Positions 18,847 to 30,044 of a stretch of 64,000 nucleotides of DNA are shown here, piece after piece (within the stretch, counting starts at the first letter, position 1; every line of letters begins with the position of its first letter). The stretch covers positions 2,446 to 66,445 of the forward strand of contig CANTAQ010000007.1 in NCBI GenBank assembly GCA_947651825.1, read 5' to 3'. This DNA comes from an uncultured Clostridium sp. (GTDB taxonomy: Bacteria > Bacillota > Clostridia > TANB77 > CAG-508). Position numbers and translations under genes: made by a program. The notes below the pieces were generated by a model. The model worked only from the letters and a program-made list of their open reading frames with translations. It did not search any database and was not told the origin of the DNA.

Positions 18847-19548
18847 TTGAAAAAAGGTAAGATGATAATTACAATAACTATAGGTATAGTATGCTTAATA
18901 TTAACGATGGTAATTTTTATTCAGATAAAAACTATAAATCAAACCAATATAAGTGAACTTGAAATAATGAGAGAAAGTGAATTAAAAGCGGAAATTACAT
19001 CTTTAAAAACAAAAACAAATGAAATAGATGTAAAAATAGCAGAAACAAATACTAAAATTAAAGAATATGAGGATGTAATAAATAAAGGAATAGAAGCATC
19101 AGAATTATTGGAAAATGAATTGTATGAAAGTGAAGATTTGTTAGGAAAAACAACTGTAACAGGAGAAGGAGTAATAATAACACTAACATCAGGAGAAAAA
19201 ATGGTTACTACAGGAGACTTGTTAGAATTAGTTAATCAATTGAAAAATGCAGGAGCAGAAGCAATTTCAATAAATGGTAAGAGAATAGTATATGAATCTT
19301 ATATTGTTAGCATAAATGGTGCTATTAATAATGTCAGTATAAACGGAAGTAAAACTGGAGAACCATATGTAGTAAAGGCAATAGGAAATATGTCACACTT
19401 GGAAAGTGGAGTAGCACAAAAAAAATATGGATATATAGATACTAAGATAGCAGAAGGAAGAAATGTCATATTAGAAAAGTCACCAAGTATAACAATAGAG
19501 GCATATAGCAGAAAACTTAATTTTGAGTATGTGAAGGAGGAAAATTAG
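18847..19548 (+). CDS. DUF881 protein, second paralog (TTG start)
   Basis: GEGVIITLTS ... AGAEAISINGKRIV. Confidence 0.7.
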   Translation: MKKGKMIITITIGIVCLILTMVIFIQIKTINQTNISELEIMRESELKAEITSLKTKTNEIDVKIAETNTKIKEYEDVINKGIEASELLENELYESEDLLGKTTVTGEGVIITLTSGEKMVTTGDLLELVNQLKNAGAEAISINGKRIVYESYIVSINGAINNVSINGSKTGEPYVVKAIGNMSHLESGVAQKKYGYIDTKIAEGRNVILEKSPSITIEAYSRKLNFEYVKEEN

Positions 19549-19920
19549 ATGATAATTGTAGCAATAACTATAGGTTGTGTATTAGGTGCACTTATAGGAG
19601 TAAACGCACCAGTAATTTCATATATGTATTCGAATTATTTAGCAATAGCCATTATTGCAGCATTAGATTCGGTATTTGGAGGAATAACCTCAGTACTAAA
19701 AGGAAATTTTGATATAAAAATATTTATAACAGGTTTTTTTGGAAATGCCGTATTATCTATTTTGCTTACATGGTTAGGTGTGAAATTAAATGTTGATATT
19801 TATTTAGCTGCTATAGTAGTGTTCGTAGGAAGAATGTTTACAAACTTAGCTATTATACGTAGATATTATATAGAAAAATGGACAACAAAGGTTTATAGAA
19901 AAGAAGAAAAAAAAGCATAA
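19549..19920 (+). CDS. sbp: Small basic protein Sbp (DUF1290)
   Basis: Small multi-TM protein with a basic tail, following the DUF881 pair as in Bacillus ylxWX-sbp. Confidence 0.6.
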   Translation: MIIVAITIGCVLGALIGVNAPVISYMYSNYLAIAIIAALDSVFGGITSVLKGNFDIKIFITGFFGNAVLSILLTWLGVKLNVDIYLAAIVVFVGRMFTNLAIIRRYYIEKWTTKVYRKEEKKA

Positions 19921-19924
19921 AAGA

Positions 19925-19960
19925 AGCTCTGAAATAAAGATATTTCAGAGCTCTTTTTTT
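19925..19960 (+). terminator. Rho-independent terminator
   Basis: AGCTCTGAAATA/TATTTCAGAGCT stem plus T-run. Confidence 0.8.
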
Positions 19961-20025
19961 ATTACATAGGAAAGATATCAGATTTTTATATATACAACAA
20001 GATTAAGTTTCCTAGTATATTTTTC

Positions 20026-20649
20026 TTATCTAGCTATAAAATCTAAAAGTATATTGTGTTCGTAGATTTTAGAACCGATATTAGAATCATTAATATTATT
20101 TATTAAGTTTTCATCAATCATAGGCGTAAATAATGAAATTAATGCAAATACAACAAGAACTATTAGACATCCTTGAATACATCCAAAAATTATACCTCCC
20201 AGATGATTGAAACTATTTAATAATGGTAATTTTGCAACTAAATCTGCCAAGAAAGTTACAAATCGTAAAATTATTTTTGCAATAATAAATAGTAATAGTA
20301 ATACTATTGTTTCAATTATTTTTGTACTAAATGTTTCAGCTATACTTTGTATAGATTGCTTATTTTCCTTTAACAATATATGATATATGTCATCCTCAAG
20401 TTCAAATTCGTCAGTTCTTGATAAACCTTCAGGTAAAATCTTTTGAACAATAGTATCTTCAATTTTTTCATCAATTTCAGTATTGTTTATAATCAAAGCA
20501 GAAACTGGTTTATAAAGGATTAAAGAGATAATTAAAGCAATGAAAAAAGTACATAAGCTGAATGCAATTTTAACTAATCCACGTTTATACCCAATAAAAG
20601 TAAATAAAAGTATAATGCCAATTATTATTAAATCAATGAGTAAAGCCAT
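20026..20649 (-). CDS. cvpA: CvpA-family membrane protein
   Basis: MALLIDLIIIGIILLFTFIGYKRGLVK is typical of CvpA. Multi-TM. Confidence 0.7.
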   Translation of the reverse strand: MALLIDLIIIGIILLFTFIGYKRGLVKIAFSLCTFFIALIISLILYKPVSALIINNTEIDEKIEDTIVQKILPEGLSRTDEFELEDDIYHILLKENKQSIQSIAETFSTKIIETIVLLLLFIIAKIILRFVTFLADLVAKLPLLNSFNHLGGIIFGCIQGCLIVLVVFALISLFTPMIDENLINNINDSNIGSKIYEHNILLDFIAR

Positions 20650-20665
20650 AATATATTCACCTCCA

Positions 20666-21835
20666 TTATAAAGAAATTATTTCAGTTTTATTTTTTAAAA
20701 TTATAATAGCTAAGTTATTTGATATAGAAATATCTTTTATTTCTTGGTAAGAAGTATAATGTTTAATAAGCCAAGAATTGTTATTGATGAAAAGTGCTTC
20801 TGTTCCAAAATTAATTGCAATTATATTTCCAAAAACTCTTATAGCTTTTGGTTCTTTGTCTAATGTATAATAATTTCTTTCAGAAGTTTCAGGATTTATT
20901 ATCTGCAATTCAAAACTTGAATTGAACATAGAATCACTTTTTTTCTCAACTTGAATAATTCTATCATTTAAATCTGCAAATACGATATTAGAATCTTTAA
21001 AATTAGTAATTTCAGTAGAAACATTATTATTTATATAATCAATGTGGTTATCATATATACAAGATAGAATATTTCCTTTAATATAGTCTATGTTAACAAT
21101 TAAACTATTAGAAGGAGAATCTGTTTTATAAACTATTGCATCTGACGTTTGCTTAAGAACATTATTAATATCAATAACTTCTATGCCAGATTTTATGATA
21201 GCACCAGATGAATCAGTTTCTGCAAGAGCCAGATATTTGTTATCAGAAGAAATTGCTAAATCCATTACAGAAGTATTGGATAAAAATTTCTTAAAAAGTT
21301 CAGAACCGTCTTGAGAAAACATTCTAACTATAGTTTTGTAAGTTGTTTCAGTAATGGAAACTGCGACATAACCATTTTTATTTACATATATATTAGAAAT
21401 ATTACCTTCAATATCTTTCTCCCATACTATATTTTTATTAGATATTAAATATAATTTTTGACCATTTTTTTCAGCCATTACAAGATAATTGCCATTAGTA
21501 TGAACTATAGGATTGACAATTTTTATATCCAAAGAATCTTCCTTTTCTCCATTTTTATTATAGAAAGTTAGAGAGTTCTCATATTGTTCAACAACATTAT
21601 GATTAAAACTATATATGTTAGATGTTTCAGTAGGGATAGAAGGCAAAGTTCCTTCCATGACACTTTTTCTAAATAGATATTTATCGAAGAAAATTCTAAT
21701 TGGTTCAATTCTAAAATATAAAAAGCTAAGGATAGCAATTAATAGTAATATTACTACAATAGCGATTATAACAAGTCTTTTTTTATTTATTTTTTTATCT
21801 TTAAAATCTTTAAAAAACATAATAACCTCACACAC
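20666..21835 (-). CDS. Membrane-anchored hypothetical protein (repetitive beta-rich ectodomain)
   Basis: N-terminal TM helix. No catalytic motifs recognised. Confidence 0.45.
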   Translation of the reverse strand: MCEVIMFFKDFKDKKINKKRLVIIAIVVILLLIAILSFLYFRIEPIRIFFDKYLFRKSVMEGTLPSIPTETSNIYSFNHNVVEQYENSLTFYNKNGEKEDSLDIKIVNPIVHTNGNYLVMAEKNGQKLYLISNKNIVWEKDIEGNISNIYVNKNGYVAVSITETTYKTIVRMFSQDGSELFKKFLSNTSVMDLAISSDNKYLALAETDSSGAIIKSGIEVIDINNVLKQTSDAIVYKTDSPSNSLIVNIDYIKGNILSCIYDNHIDYINNNVSTEITNFKDSNIVFADLNDRIIQVEKKSDSMFNSSFELQIINPETSERNYYTLDKEPKAIRVFGNIIAINFGTEALFINNNSWLIKHYTSYQEIKDISISNNLAIIILKNKTEIISL

Positions 21836-22017
21836 ATATTTATATCAATAAAATGTATTTTTTTCAATAGAAATAAGATAAAATAAAATAAATACTATTT
21901 GCAGTTATTCAACAAAGTCTGATTCATCTTAATAAATGGTCTTTTAATACAGTTGATTAGGTAATATAATTAATTGAAATATATAAAGACAAATGATATA
22001 ATGTGTTTGGTGATTAT

Positions 22018-22791
22018 ATGTTAAAAAATAAAAAAATGATAGTTATAATTTCAACTGCAGTTATAATGGTTGTAGCAGTTATAATAATAGCTGTGATTTT
22101 ATTGAATAAAAACAAGGAAAAACAGAATGAATATAATAATGTGATTGAAGAAAGCATAGATAGGGAAAAGTTGGAAATGGAATTTAAACAGCCATTTTCA
22201 AATAATGAAAATGAATATGTAGAGATTAGACAAGAAGTAGAGCAAGCTAAAGTAGGGAAATATGATGTAACAGCAAAAATTCCAAAGATAACTATTGAGG
22301 AAGCAGAAGCGGAGGAACTTAACCAAGAAATATATAGGTTAGCAGCGAGTATAATAAATCAAGCAACTAAAGCAGATAAATATGTAAAATATGATATGGA
22401 ATACATAACATATTTAAATAGAAATGTTTTGTCTATAGTCATTAGATTTACAATAAAAGAAGGAGCAAATCCAAGGAGAATAATAATAAAAACATACAAT
22501 TATGATATTGTAGAGAATAAACAAGTTAAAATAACTGATATTATAGATAGAGAAAAAGAGAATAAAATTCAAGAAGAGATAAATAATAAGATAGAAGAAT
22601 CAAATATAAGAGCAAACCAAAGTATAAGTAAAGGATATACTGCATATGTAAGAGATACAGAAAGCAAAATATATAAGATAGAGAATGCAACGGAATTTTT
22701 TATAGGAAATGATAATATTTTGTACATAATTTATGCCTATGGAAATCAAGACTATACAGATGAAATGGATTTGATAATGTATAAACTATAA
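22018..22791 (+). CDS. Membrane-anchored hypothetical protein (possibly DUF4163/DUF3298-like)
   Basis: ATG at 22018 preferred over the upstream GTG. One TM helix. Confidence 0.4.
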   Translation: MLKNKKMIVIISTAVIMVVAVIIIAVILLNKNKEKQNEYNNVIEESIDREKLEMEFKQPFSNNENEYVEIRQEVEQAKVGKYDVTAKIPKITIEEAEAEELNQEIYRLAASIINQATKADKYVKYDMEYITYLNRNVLSIVIRFTIKEGANPRRIIIKTYNYDIVENKQVKITDIIDREKENKIQEEINNKIEESNIRANQSISKGYTAYVRDTESKIYKIENATEFFIGNDNILYIIYAYGNQDYTDEMDLIMYKL

Positions 22792-22799
22792 AGGAGGAA

Positions 22800-23033
22800 A
22801 TGATAGTGTATATAGTATCTATAACAATAGAAAAGAGAAAAAAGACAGTGCCAGAGATACAAGAAATATTGACTAAATATGGAGATGAAATACACTCAAG
22901 AATTGGTCTTCACACAGTTAAAGAAGGAAAAGAATATATAATTATAGCATATACTGGAAATAAAGTAGAAGAATTTATTCGAGAGTTAAAAGAAAATAAT
23001 AATGTGATTGTTAATTTTATGGATACAGATTAA
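22800..23033 (+). CDS. Small ACT/NikR-C-like regulator (possibly the TM1266 family)
   Basis: 77 aa. The resemblance is recalled, not computed. Confidence 0.3.
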   Translation: MIVYIVSITIEKRKKTVPEIQEILTKYGDEIHSRIGLHTVKEGKEYIIIAYTGNKVEEFIRELKENNNVIVNFMDTD

Positions 23034-23050
23034 AATTTATAAAAATAAAA

Positions 23051-23070
23051 AATGAGCCTATGTGCTCATT
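23051..23070. terminator. Bidirectional terminator
   Basis: AATGAGC/GCTCATT stem flanked by A- and T-runs, between convergent genes. Confidence 0.7.
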
Positions 23071-23072
23071 TT

Positions 23073-24191
23073 TTATTCTATGTAATCATTTATAGAACCC
23101 ATATTTAGTTTGAATAGCTTTTTAACCTTACGTACAAAAGTATGTATAAAACTAAATGCAGACTTAGTATTATCTATTATAGCAAGAGAAGTACATTCAG
23201 TTTTGAATAAACTAATTTCTCCAAATTTCTCAACTTCAGCTTGTTTTTTCTCTAATGCATTCATTAAGTCACAATAAAAATTGTTGTAAAAAGTATAATG
23301 ATTAGAAGTTCCCATTACATTTTTAAAATTGTATAGTTTATTTTTAAAGTTATATAAATCTTCTGCATCACGAATGCTATTAAATTCATATGTAAAGCAA
23401 TTTCTAATAATATAATTTTGAATAGCGAAAAACATTTTTGTTATTGATTGCTTTTGTGTAGCAATAATAGAATTTAGCTGTTTAATATCATTTATTTTTT
23501 CAGTACATTCTAGTTCTTTTATGTAACAATATAAATCATTTTCAAGATGCAATAATTTATCTAATTGTCTAGAAATTTTCTCATATATTTTTTTGTTAAA
23601 CTTAGAACTAAAAGTATTCTTGAATACATCACTATTATATAAAACACTATGATATAAAGGATATGTTCCAGTAAAATATACTAATTCGTTTACCAAAGCA
23701 CATTCTAATGGGTAATAATCAGGACTATTTGTTTTTAATAAAATATCAAAATATTTTTCTTCTACTACATTAGCCATATTTGCCTCAGAGGCCATAAGTT
23801 GAACAGCAGCTTCATTAAGTGCTAACTCAGAAAAAAAGTTATGATTTGATGTAAATGTATTTGCTTTTTCTTTAGAAAATGAGTTTTGCAAAAAATGGAT
23901 ACATTCATGCATAGCTGTATCAGGTACACTTGTAAAATCTAAATCTTCATTAAAATATATTGAATTAGTTTCAGGGACATATTTTGCACCTGAAGAATCA
24001 TTAGGCATACTTGCAGTGTACATGTTTAGCCTACAAAATGAATTAAATAACTGTTGTCTATTGAAATTATGTTCAGGAAAAGCAAGGCATAATTTAATAG
24101 CAATATCCGTAGATATAGTTCTAATTTGTGTACTATTTAATTCATGAATATTTGTAATGCCTTCTTTTTTTAACAAGAAATCAACATTCAT
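23073..24191 (-). CDS. Hypothetical protein with HExxH motif (putative zinc metallopeptidase-like)
   Basis: AMHECIHFLQ. Confidence 0.4.
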   Translation of the reverse strand: MNVDFLLKKEGITNIHELNSTQIRTISTDIAIKLCLAFPEHNFNRQQLFNSFCRLNMYTASMPNDSSGAKYVPETNSIYFNEDLDFTSVPDTAMHECIHFLQNSFSKEKANTFTSNHNFFSELALNEAAVQLMASEANMANVVEEKYFDILLKTNSPDYYPLECALVNELVYFTGTYPLYHSVLYNSDVFKNTFSSKFNKKIYEKISRQLDKLLHLENDLYCYIKELECTEKINDIKQLNSIIATQKQSITKMFFAIQNYIIRNCFTYEFNSIRDAEDLYNFKNKLYNFKNVMGTSNHYTFYNNFYCDLMNALEKKQAEVEKFGEISLFKTECTSLAIIDNTKSAFSFIHTFVRKVKKLFKLNMGSINDYIE

Positions 24192-24376
24192 TTGTAACTC
24201 CTTCTTCTTATTCGTTAGTATTCTAAAAAATATTATACAACAAAAAGTCGAAAAAAGATGTTACAATTATATTAACTTTATGTTACAAAAAAATGACACA
24301 AAATGTTACAAAAATGTAATAAATGAAAAAAGCCGACAAAATAGCACATTATAAGCCACAATAAAAAGGCGATTAC

Positions 24377-24405
24377 TTGACAAAAGATAAAAATATGGCA
24401 TAATT
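24377..24405 (+). promoter_or_regulatory. Sigma-A-type promoter upstream of the S8 protease
   Basis: TTGACA, 17 nt, ATAATT. Confidence 0.5.
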
Positions 24406-24444
24406 AATGGTGAATAATTATAGGGAAAAAGGGGTTTGTTACAT

Positions 24445-27174
24445 ATGATACAAAGAAAAAAGAGACAAGTTAAGATTGTATTAATGATTATTGCAATACT
24501 TGCTGCATTAGCATTTGCTATAATAGGTGTTATTACAGTAATTAATGGAAAAGGAACTAATACAGAAATTCAAGAAGGTACACAAGGAGATTTAAGCCAG
24601 TATGAATTGAAAAGCATAATAGTAGAAACGACATTGGCAGAAGAAGAATTGAAAAAGCAGTATAAAGTAAGTAGCATTGAAACTCTAATGGGTGGAGAAG
24701 AAGATGAAACTAAACTTTATTTATTACAATATAACACTGAAGAAGAAACAAAAAAGGCTTACGAAGATTTAAAAAGGGATTCAAAAATGCAATCTGTTGA
24801 TTTGAATAAAAAAGTAACAATAGAGGAAGAAACTAAAAAAATTTTTGAATGGACAGTAACATCAGGAGAGACAATTACTTCATGGGGTGGAATTGCAATG
24901 GGATTAGATAAGACTTTAGAAAAAATAAACAATAAAACTACAGATAAACCAGAGATAATTGTTGCAGTAATAGACTCTGGATTAGATACAGAGCATGATG
25001 CGTTTGGGGATGCAGAATTAAAAGCTAGGGTGTTAACAGGTTTTGATGCAACAGGAAAAGGAGATATAACAGATAATGATGGACATGGTACAAATGTTGC
25101 AGGTATTATCTTAGAATCTACACCAGATAATGTAAAAGTTCTACCAATAAAAGCATTAGAGAAAGGCGAAGATGGAAAAACAGTAGGTTCAATGGCACAG
25201 ATACTTAGTGCAATAAATTATGCAGTTACAAATGGAGCAGATATAATAAACATGAGCTTAGGATCAGATGGATCAAATATAGCTCAGCAAAATGCCATAA
25301 ATAAAGCATACGAAAAAGGAATTACTTGTATAGCTGCTTCAGGAAATGGTGACGAAAAGACTGGAGAGGCATTAGATTTAGATGTTAAAGGTAATGACTG
25401 TTATCCAGCTGAATGCAATAATGTAATTGCAGTAGGAGCAGTAAAAACTAACTTAATAACTTTAGGTACATTAGATGAGGGAATGAGCCAATTTCTTGTA
25501 GAAAGCTATCAAAATTATATAAAAACAACAACAGATGATTTAAGTATAGCAAGTTTTTCAAATTATGGTAGTAAATTAGATTTTGTTGCACCAGGAGTAA
25601 CTATATTAGGATTGACAGCAAATAGTGGATTAGGAATCTATGATGGTACATCACAAGCAGCTCCACATATATCAGCAGTAGCAGCAACAATAAAGAGTTA
25701 CAACAAAGACTATACAAGTGATCAGATAGAAGAAATTATGCAATATTATTCAGTAGACTTAGGAGCAGAAGGAAGAGATAATCTTTATGGAAATGGATTT
25801 GTATCATTCAAAGAAATGCAAGAGTGTCCATGCGATTCAGAAAAATGTGATGAAATATATTGCTTTGGATGTGAAGATACAGACTGTATTTATCATCTAG
25901 GAAAAACAAATAAATTATCAAGTATAGAGATAACAGAAGAACCAACAAAAACAACATATTATAAAGGAGAAGAATTTGACCCAACAGGAATGGTAGTAAC
26001 AGCAGAATATAGTGATAGTACAAAAAAGGCAGTAGAAGGATATACACATTCTAGTATAGTGGGCATGTGGACATCTTTAGATGAAGAGAATCCTATAACA
26101 GGATATACAGTTGATATAACATATACAGAAGACAAAGTAACAAAACACACAACACAATATATAACAATGAGAAATGATGAACCTATGTTAGCACCTGAAT
26201 TAGTATCAATAGAAATAACAACACCACCAACAAAAATAGAATATTTAGAAGGAGAGACTTTTGATAAAGCAGGAATGGTAGTGACAGCAACTTATAATGA
26301 TGGAAGCAAACAAATAGTAACAGATTACACATGTTCTCCAGATGGAGAATTAACAGTAAATACTTCAGAAATAGTAATAACTTATAAAGAAGGCGAAATT
26401 ACTAAAGAAACAAAACAATCAATATCAGTAGCAGCTAAAGAAAATGAAAAAGTTTTATCAGAGATAAAAATAACAACACCACCAATAAAAACAACATATG
26501 AGGCGGGAGAAGAATTTGATAGAGCGGGAATGGTAGTAACTGCAATATATTCAGACAATACAGAAGAAACAATAACAGATTACACAATATTACCTGCAAG
26601 AGCATTACAAGCGTCAGATAAAAAAGTAACAATACAATACACAAAAAATGGTGTAACAAAACAGGTAGAACAGGCAATAACAATGAATGGACAAGAGGGA
26701 AATTTACCAGTTACTAAAACATTATCAGAAATATCTGTAAGTAATAGACCAAATAAAACATCTTATATAGCAGGAGAAAGTTTTGACCCTTCAGGAATGA
26801 AAATAATTGCAAAATATTCTGATGGATCAACAGAAACAGTAGAAGATTATACATATTCTCCATCAGGAGCATTAAAAGTAACAGATACTAAAGTAGTTAT
26901 AACATACAAGGACAAGACGACAAATGTTTCAATAACTGTACAAGCTACAACGACAAATCCTGGAAATGATTATCCTGGATTAAATAGTAACATGTTTAAT
27001 GTAGAAGTGAAAAATCCAAATTCAACACAAGTAAATGTAGGAGATAGCACAATTTCAGGGGGACAATTGGCATATACAGGTTTAGAAGAGACAATAATTC
27101 CAATAGGAATTTGTGTAGCAATTGCAGTAATAGCAGTTTCATATGTATCATATAGAAAATATAGAGATATTTAG
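24445..27174 (+). CDS. Cell-surface subtilisin-like (S8) serine protease with four Ig-like repeats and a C-terminal sorting-signal-like anchor
   Basis: Triad contexts VIDSGLD, DGHGTNVAG, GTSQAAPHIS. C-terminus LAYTG plus hydrophobic helix plus RKYRD. Confidence 0.85.
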   Translation: MIQRKKRQVKIVLMIIAILAALAFAIIGVITVINGKGTNTEIQEGTQGDLSQYELKSIIVETTLAEEELKKQYKVSSIETLMGGEEDETKLYLLQYNTEEETKKAYEDLKRDSKMQSVDLNKKVTIEEETKKIFEWTVTSGETITSWGGIAMGLDKTLEKINNKTTDKPEIIVAVIDSGLDTEHDAFGDAELKARVLTGFDATGKGDITDNDGHGTNVAGIILESTPDNVKVLPIKALEKGEDGKTVGSMAQILSAINYAVTNGADIINMSLGSDGSNIAQQNAINKAYEKGITCIAASGNGDEKTGEALDLDVKGNDCYPAECNNVIAVGAVKTNLITLGTLDEGMSQFLVESYQNYIKTTTDDLSIASFSNYGSKLDFVAPGVTILGLTANSGLGIYDGTSQAAPHISAVAATIKSYNKDYTSDQIEEIMQYYSVDLGAEGRDNLYGNGFVSFKEMQECPCDSEKCDEIYCFGCEDTDCIYHLGKTNKLSSIEITEEPTKTTYYKGEEFDPTGMVVTAEYSDSTKKAVEGYTHSSIVGMWTSLDEENPITGYTVDITYTEDKVTKHTTQYITMRNDEPMLAPELVSIEITTPPTKIEYLEGETFDKAGMVVTATYNDGSKQIVTDYTCSPDGELTVNTSEIVITYKEGEITKETKQSISVAAKENEKVLSEIKITTPPIKTTYEAGEEFDRAGMVVTAIYSDNTEETITDYTILPARALQASDKKVTIQYTKNGVTKQVEQAITMNGQEGNLPVTKTLSEISVSNRPNKTSYIAGESFDPSGMKIIAKYSDGSTETVEDYTYSPSGALKVTDTKVVITYKDKTTNVSITVQATTTNPGNDYPGLNSNMFNVEVKNPNSTQVNVGDSTISGGQLAYTGLEETIIPIGICVAIAVIAVSYVSYRKYRDI
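25918..26943 (+). repeat. Four tandem ~85-90-aa domain repeats within the protease
   Basis: Recurring I.IT..P.KT.Y..GE.FD..GMVVTA.YSD motif at about 25918, 26200, 26455 and 26722. Confidence 0.8.
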
Positions 27175-27184
27175 TATAAAATTT

Positions 27185-27232
27185 ACTTCATGTAAAGGTG
27201 AAAGTTTAAATTAACCTTTGCATGGAGTTTTT
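27185..27232 (+). terminator. Terminator after the protease
   Basis: CTTCATGTAAAGGT ... ACCTTTGCATGGAG (with G-U pairs) plus T6. Confidence 0.6.
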
Positions 27233-27350
27233 TATTGTCAATTGTAGTGAATTTATTGTGTTAACTTCACTTTTAACAGAGAATATTTTTATAGTACCAT
27301 AAAATACTAATAGTTATTTTAATAAGAAAACAGAATAGTGCTAATAAAGG

Positions 27351-27379
27351 TTGAAATTTTAAGGAAATCCTGTTATAAT
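27351..27379 (+). promoter_or_regulatory. Sigma-A-type promoter upstream of mreD
   Basis: TTGAAA, 17 nt, TATAAT. Confidence 0.5.
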
Positions 27380-27402
27380 TATACTTTGAGAAAAGGAGTA
27401 AG

Positions 27403-27936
27403 ATGAAAAAAATATTAATTATAATAGGAGTTTTTATTAGTTTTATATTAATTTATTTTTTACAGATTAACTTTTTTAATTGGTATAATATAGCAGGAAT
27501 TCAGCCAAACTTATTTATAGTATTAGCTTTATTTATAGGGTTGTATATAGGAAAAAATTATGGACTAGTAATTGGAATGATTTTAGGATTATTATTGGAT
27601 TTGTTTATGTCAAAAATTATAGGAACTAATTTTCTAATTATGGGACTATCAGGATTACTAGGTGGAATTTATAATAAAAATTTTTCTAAAGAAAGACTAA
27701 TAACACTAATGCTAATGGTGGCAGGAACGACAATATTATGCGAAACTGTAGTATATATGATACAAATAATATTTTTAAAAGTAGAAGTATCAATCTTACA
27801 ATATATATATATTGTTTTTATAGAAGCAATATATAATGTAATCTTAATTATAATTTTAAATCCAGTAATTCAAAAGATAGGAAATTCCATAGAAGAAAAC
27901 TTTAAAAAAGAAACAACATTTAGTAAATATTTGTAA
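27403..27936 (+). CDS. mreD: Rod shape-determining protein MreD
   Basis: Polytopic membrane protein directly upstream of PBP2. Confidence 0.65.
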   Translation: MKKILIIIGVFISFILIYFLQINFFNWYNIAGIQPNLFIVLALFIGLYIGKNYGLVIGMILGLLLDLFMSKIIGTNFLIMGLSGLLGGIYNKNFSKERLITLMLMVAGTTILCETVVYMIQIIFLKVEVSILQYIYIVFIEAIYNVILIIILNPVIQKIGNSIEENFKKETTFSKYL

Positions 27937-27947
27937 AGGAGAAGAAA

Positions 27948-30022
27948 TTGGCAAATTTAGACAAAAAGAATGTTAGGTATAATATACTAACTATATTAGT
28001 ATATGTAATAGGACTAATAATGATTATTCAATTATTTAATTTGCAAATTGTACACGGAGAAGAATACTTAGAACAATCAAGTTTAAGACTAACAAGAGAG
28101 AATAAAATAAAAGCTGCAAGAGGAAATATACGTGATTGTAATGGAAATATATTAGCAGGAACAACAGTTAGATATTCTTTAGAAATATATAGGAGTAAAA
28201 TAGAAGAAGATGTCTTAAACGATACAATATTAAGAACAATAAATGTATTAGAAAAGAACAATGACAAATATAATAATGAATTTCCTATAGAGGAAAGTAC
28301 AAAACAGTATAAATATGATGAAGAAAAAATGAAATCAATTTTTAAGAAAAATAAATTGCATGAAAATACAAGTGCTGAACAATTTTTAGATTATTATGTA
28401 AAAAAGTATAATTTGCAAAATTATTCACAAGAAGAAGCATTAAAGATAATAGCAGTTAGATATGGCATAACAGAAAAAGGGTATAGTAGTATGCGAGGTT
28501 ATGAGATTTCTCCAAACATAAGTGAAACAAGCATTGCAGAGATTGAAGAGAGAGCTCAAGAATTTCCAGGAATTACTATAGATTATATACCAGTAAGAGA
28601 ATATAAATATGGAAGTTTACTATCCCATGTACTTGGATATGTAGGAAAAATAGATTCAGATGAATATAAAACAAATATAGGATATTCATTAAATGATTAT
28701 ATAGGAAAGACTGGAATTGAATATGTTTGTGAAAAATATTTGAAAGGGATAGATGGATTAAAACAAACAGACATGTCTGTTGATGGTAGTATAACAGGAG
28801 AATATATAACTAAAGGAGCTGTGCAAGGAAATGACGTAATATTAACTATAGATGCAAAAGTACAACAAGCAACAGAAGACTCTCTAAAAAATACAATAGC
28901 TAAAATAAATACAGGAGAATTTGGAGAGGCAAGAGAAGTTAATGCGGGATGTGCAGTAGTGATTAATGTAAAGACGGGAGAAGTAATTTCAATGTATAGC
29001 TATCCAGATTTTGAGCCGCAATTATTTGTTGAAGGAATCAGCACAGACAAATGGAATGAGTACACTTCAGAAAACACAAGAGCATTGCTAAATAGAGCAA
29101 TACAAACAGCATATGCACCAGGTTCAATCTTTAAAATGGTTCCTGCAATAGCAGGATTGGAAACGAATAAGATAACTATAGATGAAAGAATAAATTGTGC
29201 TGGGATATATCCGAAGGGACATAATCCAAAATGTTGGTATTACAGCACATATGGAAGTGGGCATGGAGATTTGACAGTATCACAAGCAATACAGAAATCT
29301 TGTAATTGCTATTTCTATGAAGTTGGAACAAGAATTGGAATAGAAACTTTAGAAGAATATGCCACATATTTTGGATTGGGTCAAAAAACTAATATAGAAT
29401 TAGTAGGAGAAATTTCAGGTTCTTTAGCAGGAAAAAAACTTTATGAGAAAATAGGAGAAACTTGGTACTATGGAAATACATTATCAGCAGTAATACGGTC
29501 AAGCAGAAAATAACTTTACTCCAATGCAAATGGCTAAATATATTGCAATGTTGACAAATGGAGGAAAACAAATAGATATAACATTAATAAAAAATGTTAC
29601 AACTCAAGTAGGAACTAATATAGACAAAACAGAAGTTAATTCATATATAAACAATAGATTAGGAATAAAAAATGAAACAAAAGAGGAAATGGAAATAAAA
29701 CAAGAAAATTTAAAATCTGTATTAGAAGGAATGAAATCAGTTACAACAGAAACTCGGAGGAACAGCATATTCTGTATTTAGAGATTTTAAAATTGATGTA
29801 GGAGGAAAAACAGGAACAGCAGAAGCTGGGAAGAAGACAAATGCATGGTTTGTAGGATTTGCACCTTATGAAGCACCAGAAATTGCAGTAGTAGTTTTCT
29901 TAGAAAATGGAGAACATGGTTCTTATAGTGCAGAAGTAACTAGAGATATAATGGAGGCATACTTTGGATTAAATGAAAATATAGAAGAAGATAAGATGGC
30001 TAGACCATATGTAAATAATTAA
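27948..30022 (+). CDS. mrdA: Penicillin-binding protein 2 (transpeptidase), read across two CGG frame changes (C29496, C29755)
   Basis: Joins ..NTLSAVI|GQAENNFTPMQMAKY.. and ..SVTTET|GGTAYSVFRDFKIDVGGKTGTAE.. restore the conserved motifs (APGSIFK upstream, KTGTA downstream). Stop at 30020-30022. Confidence 0.85.
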
Positions 30023-30044
30023 AAAAATAAAAGCAAAGAGAGGA

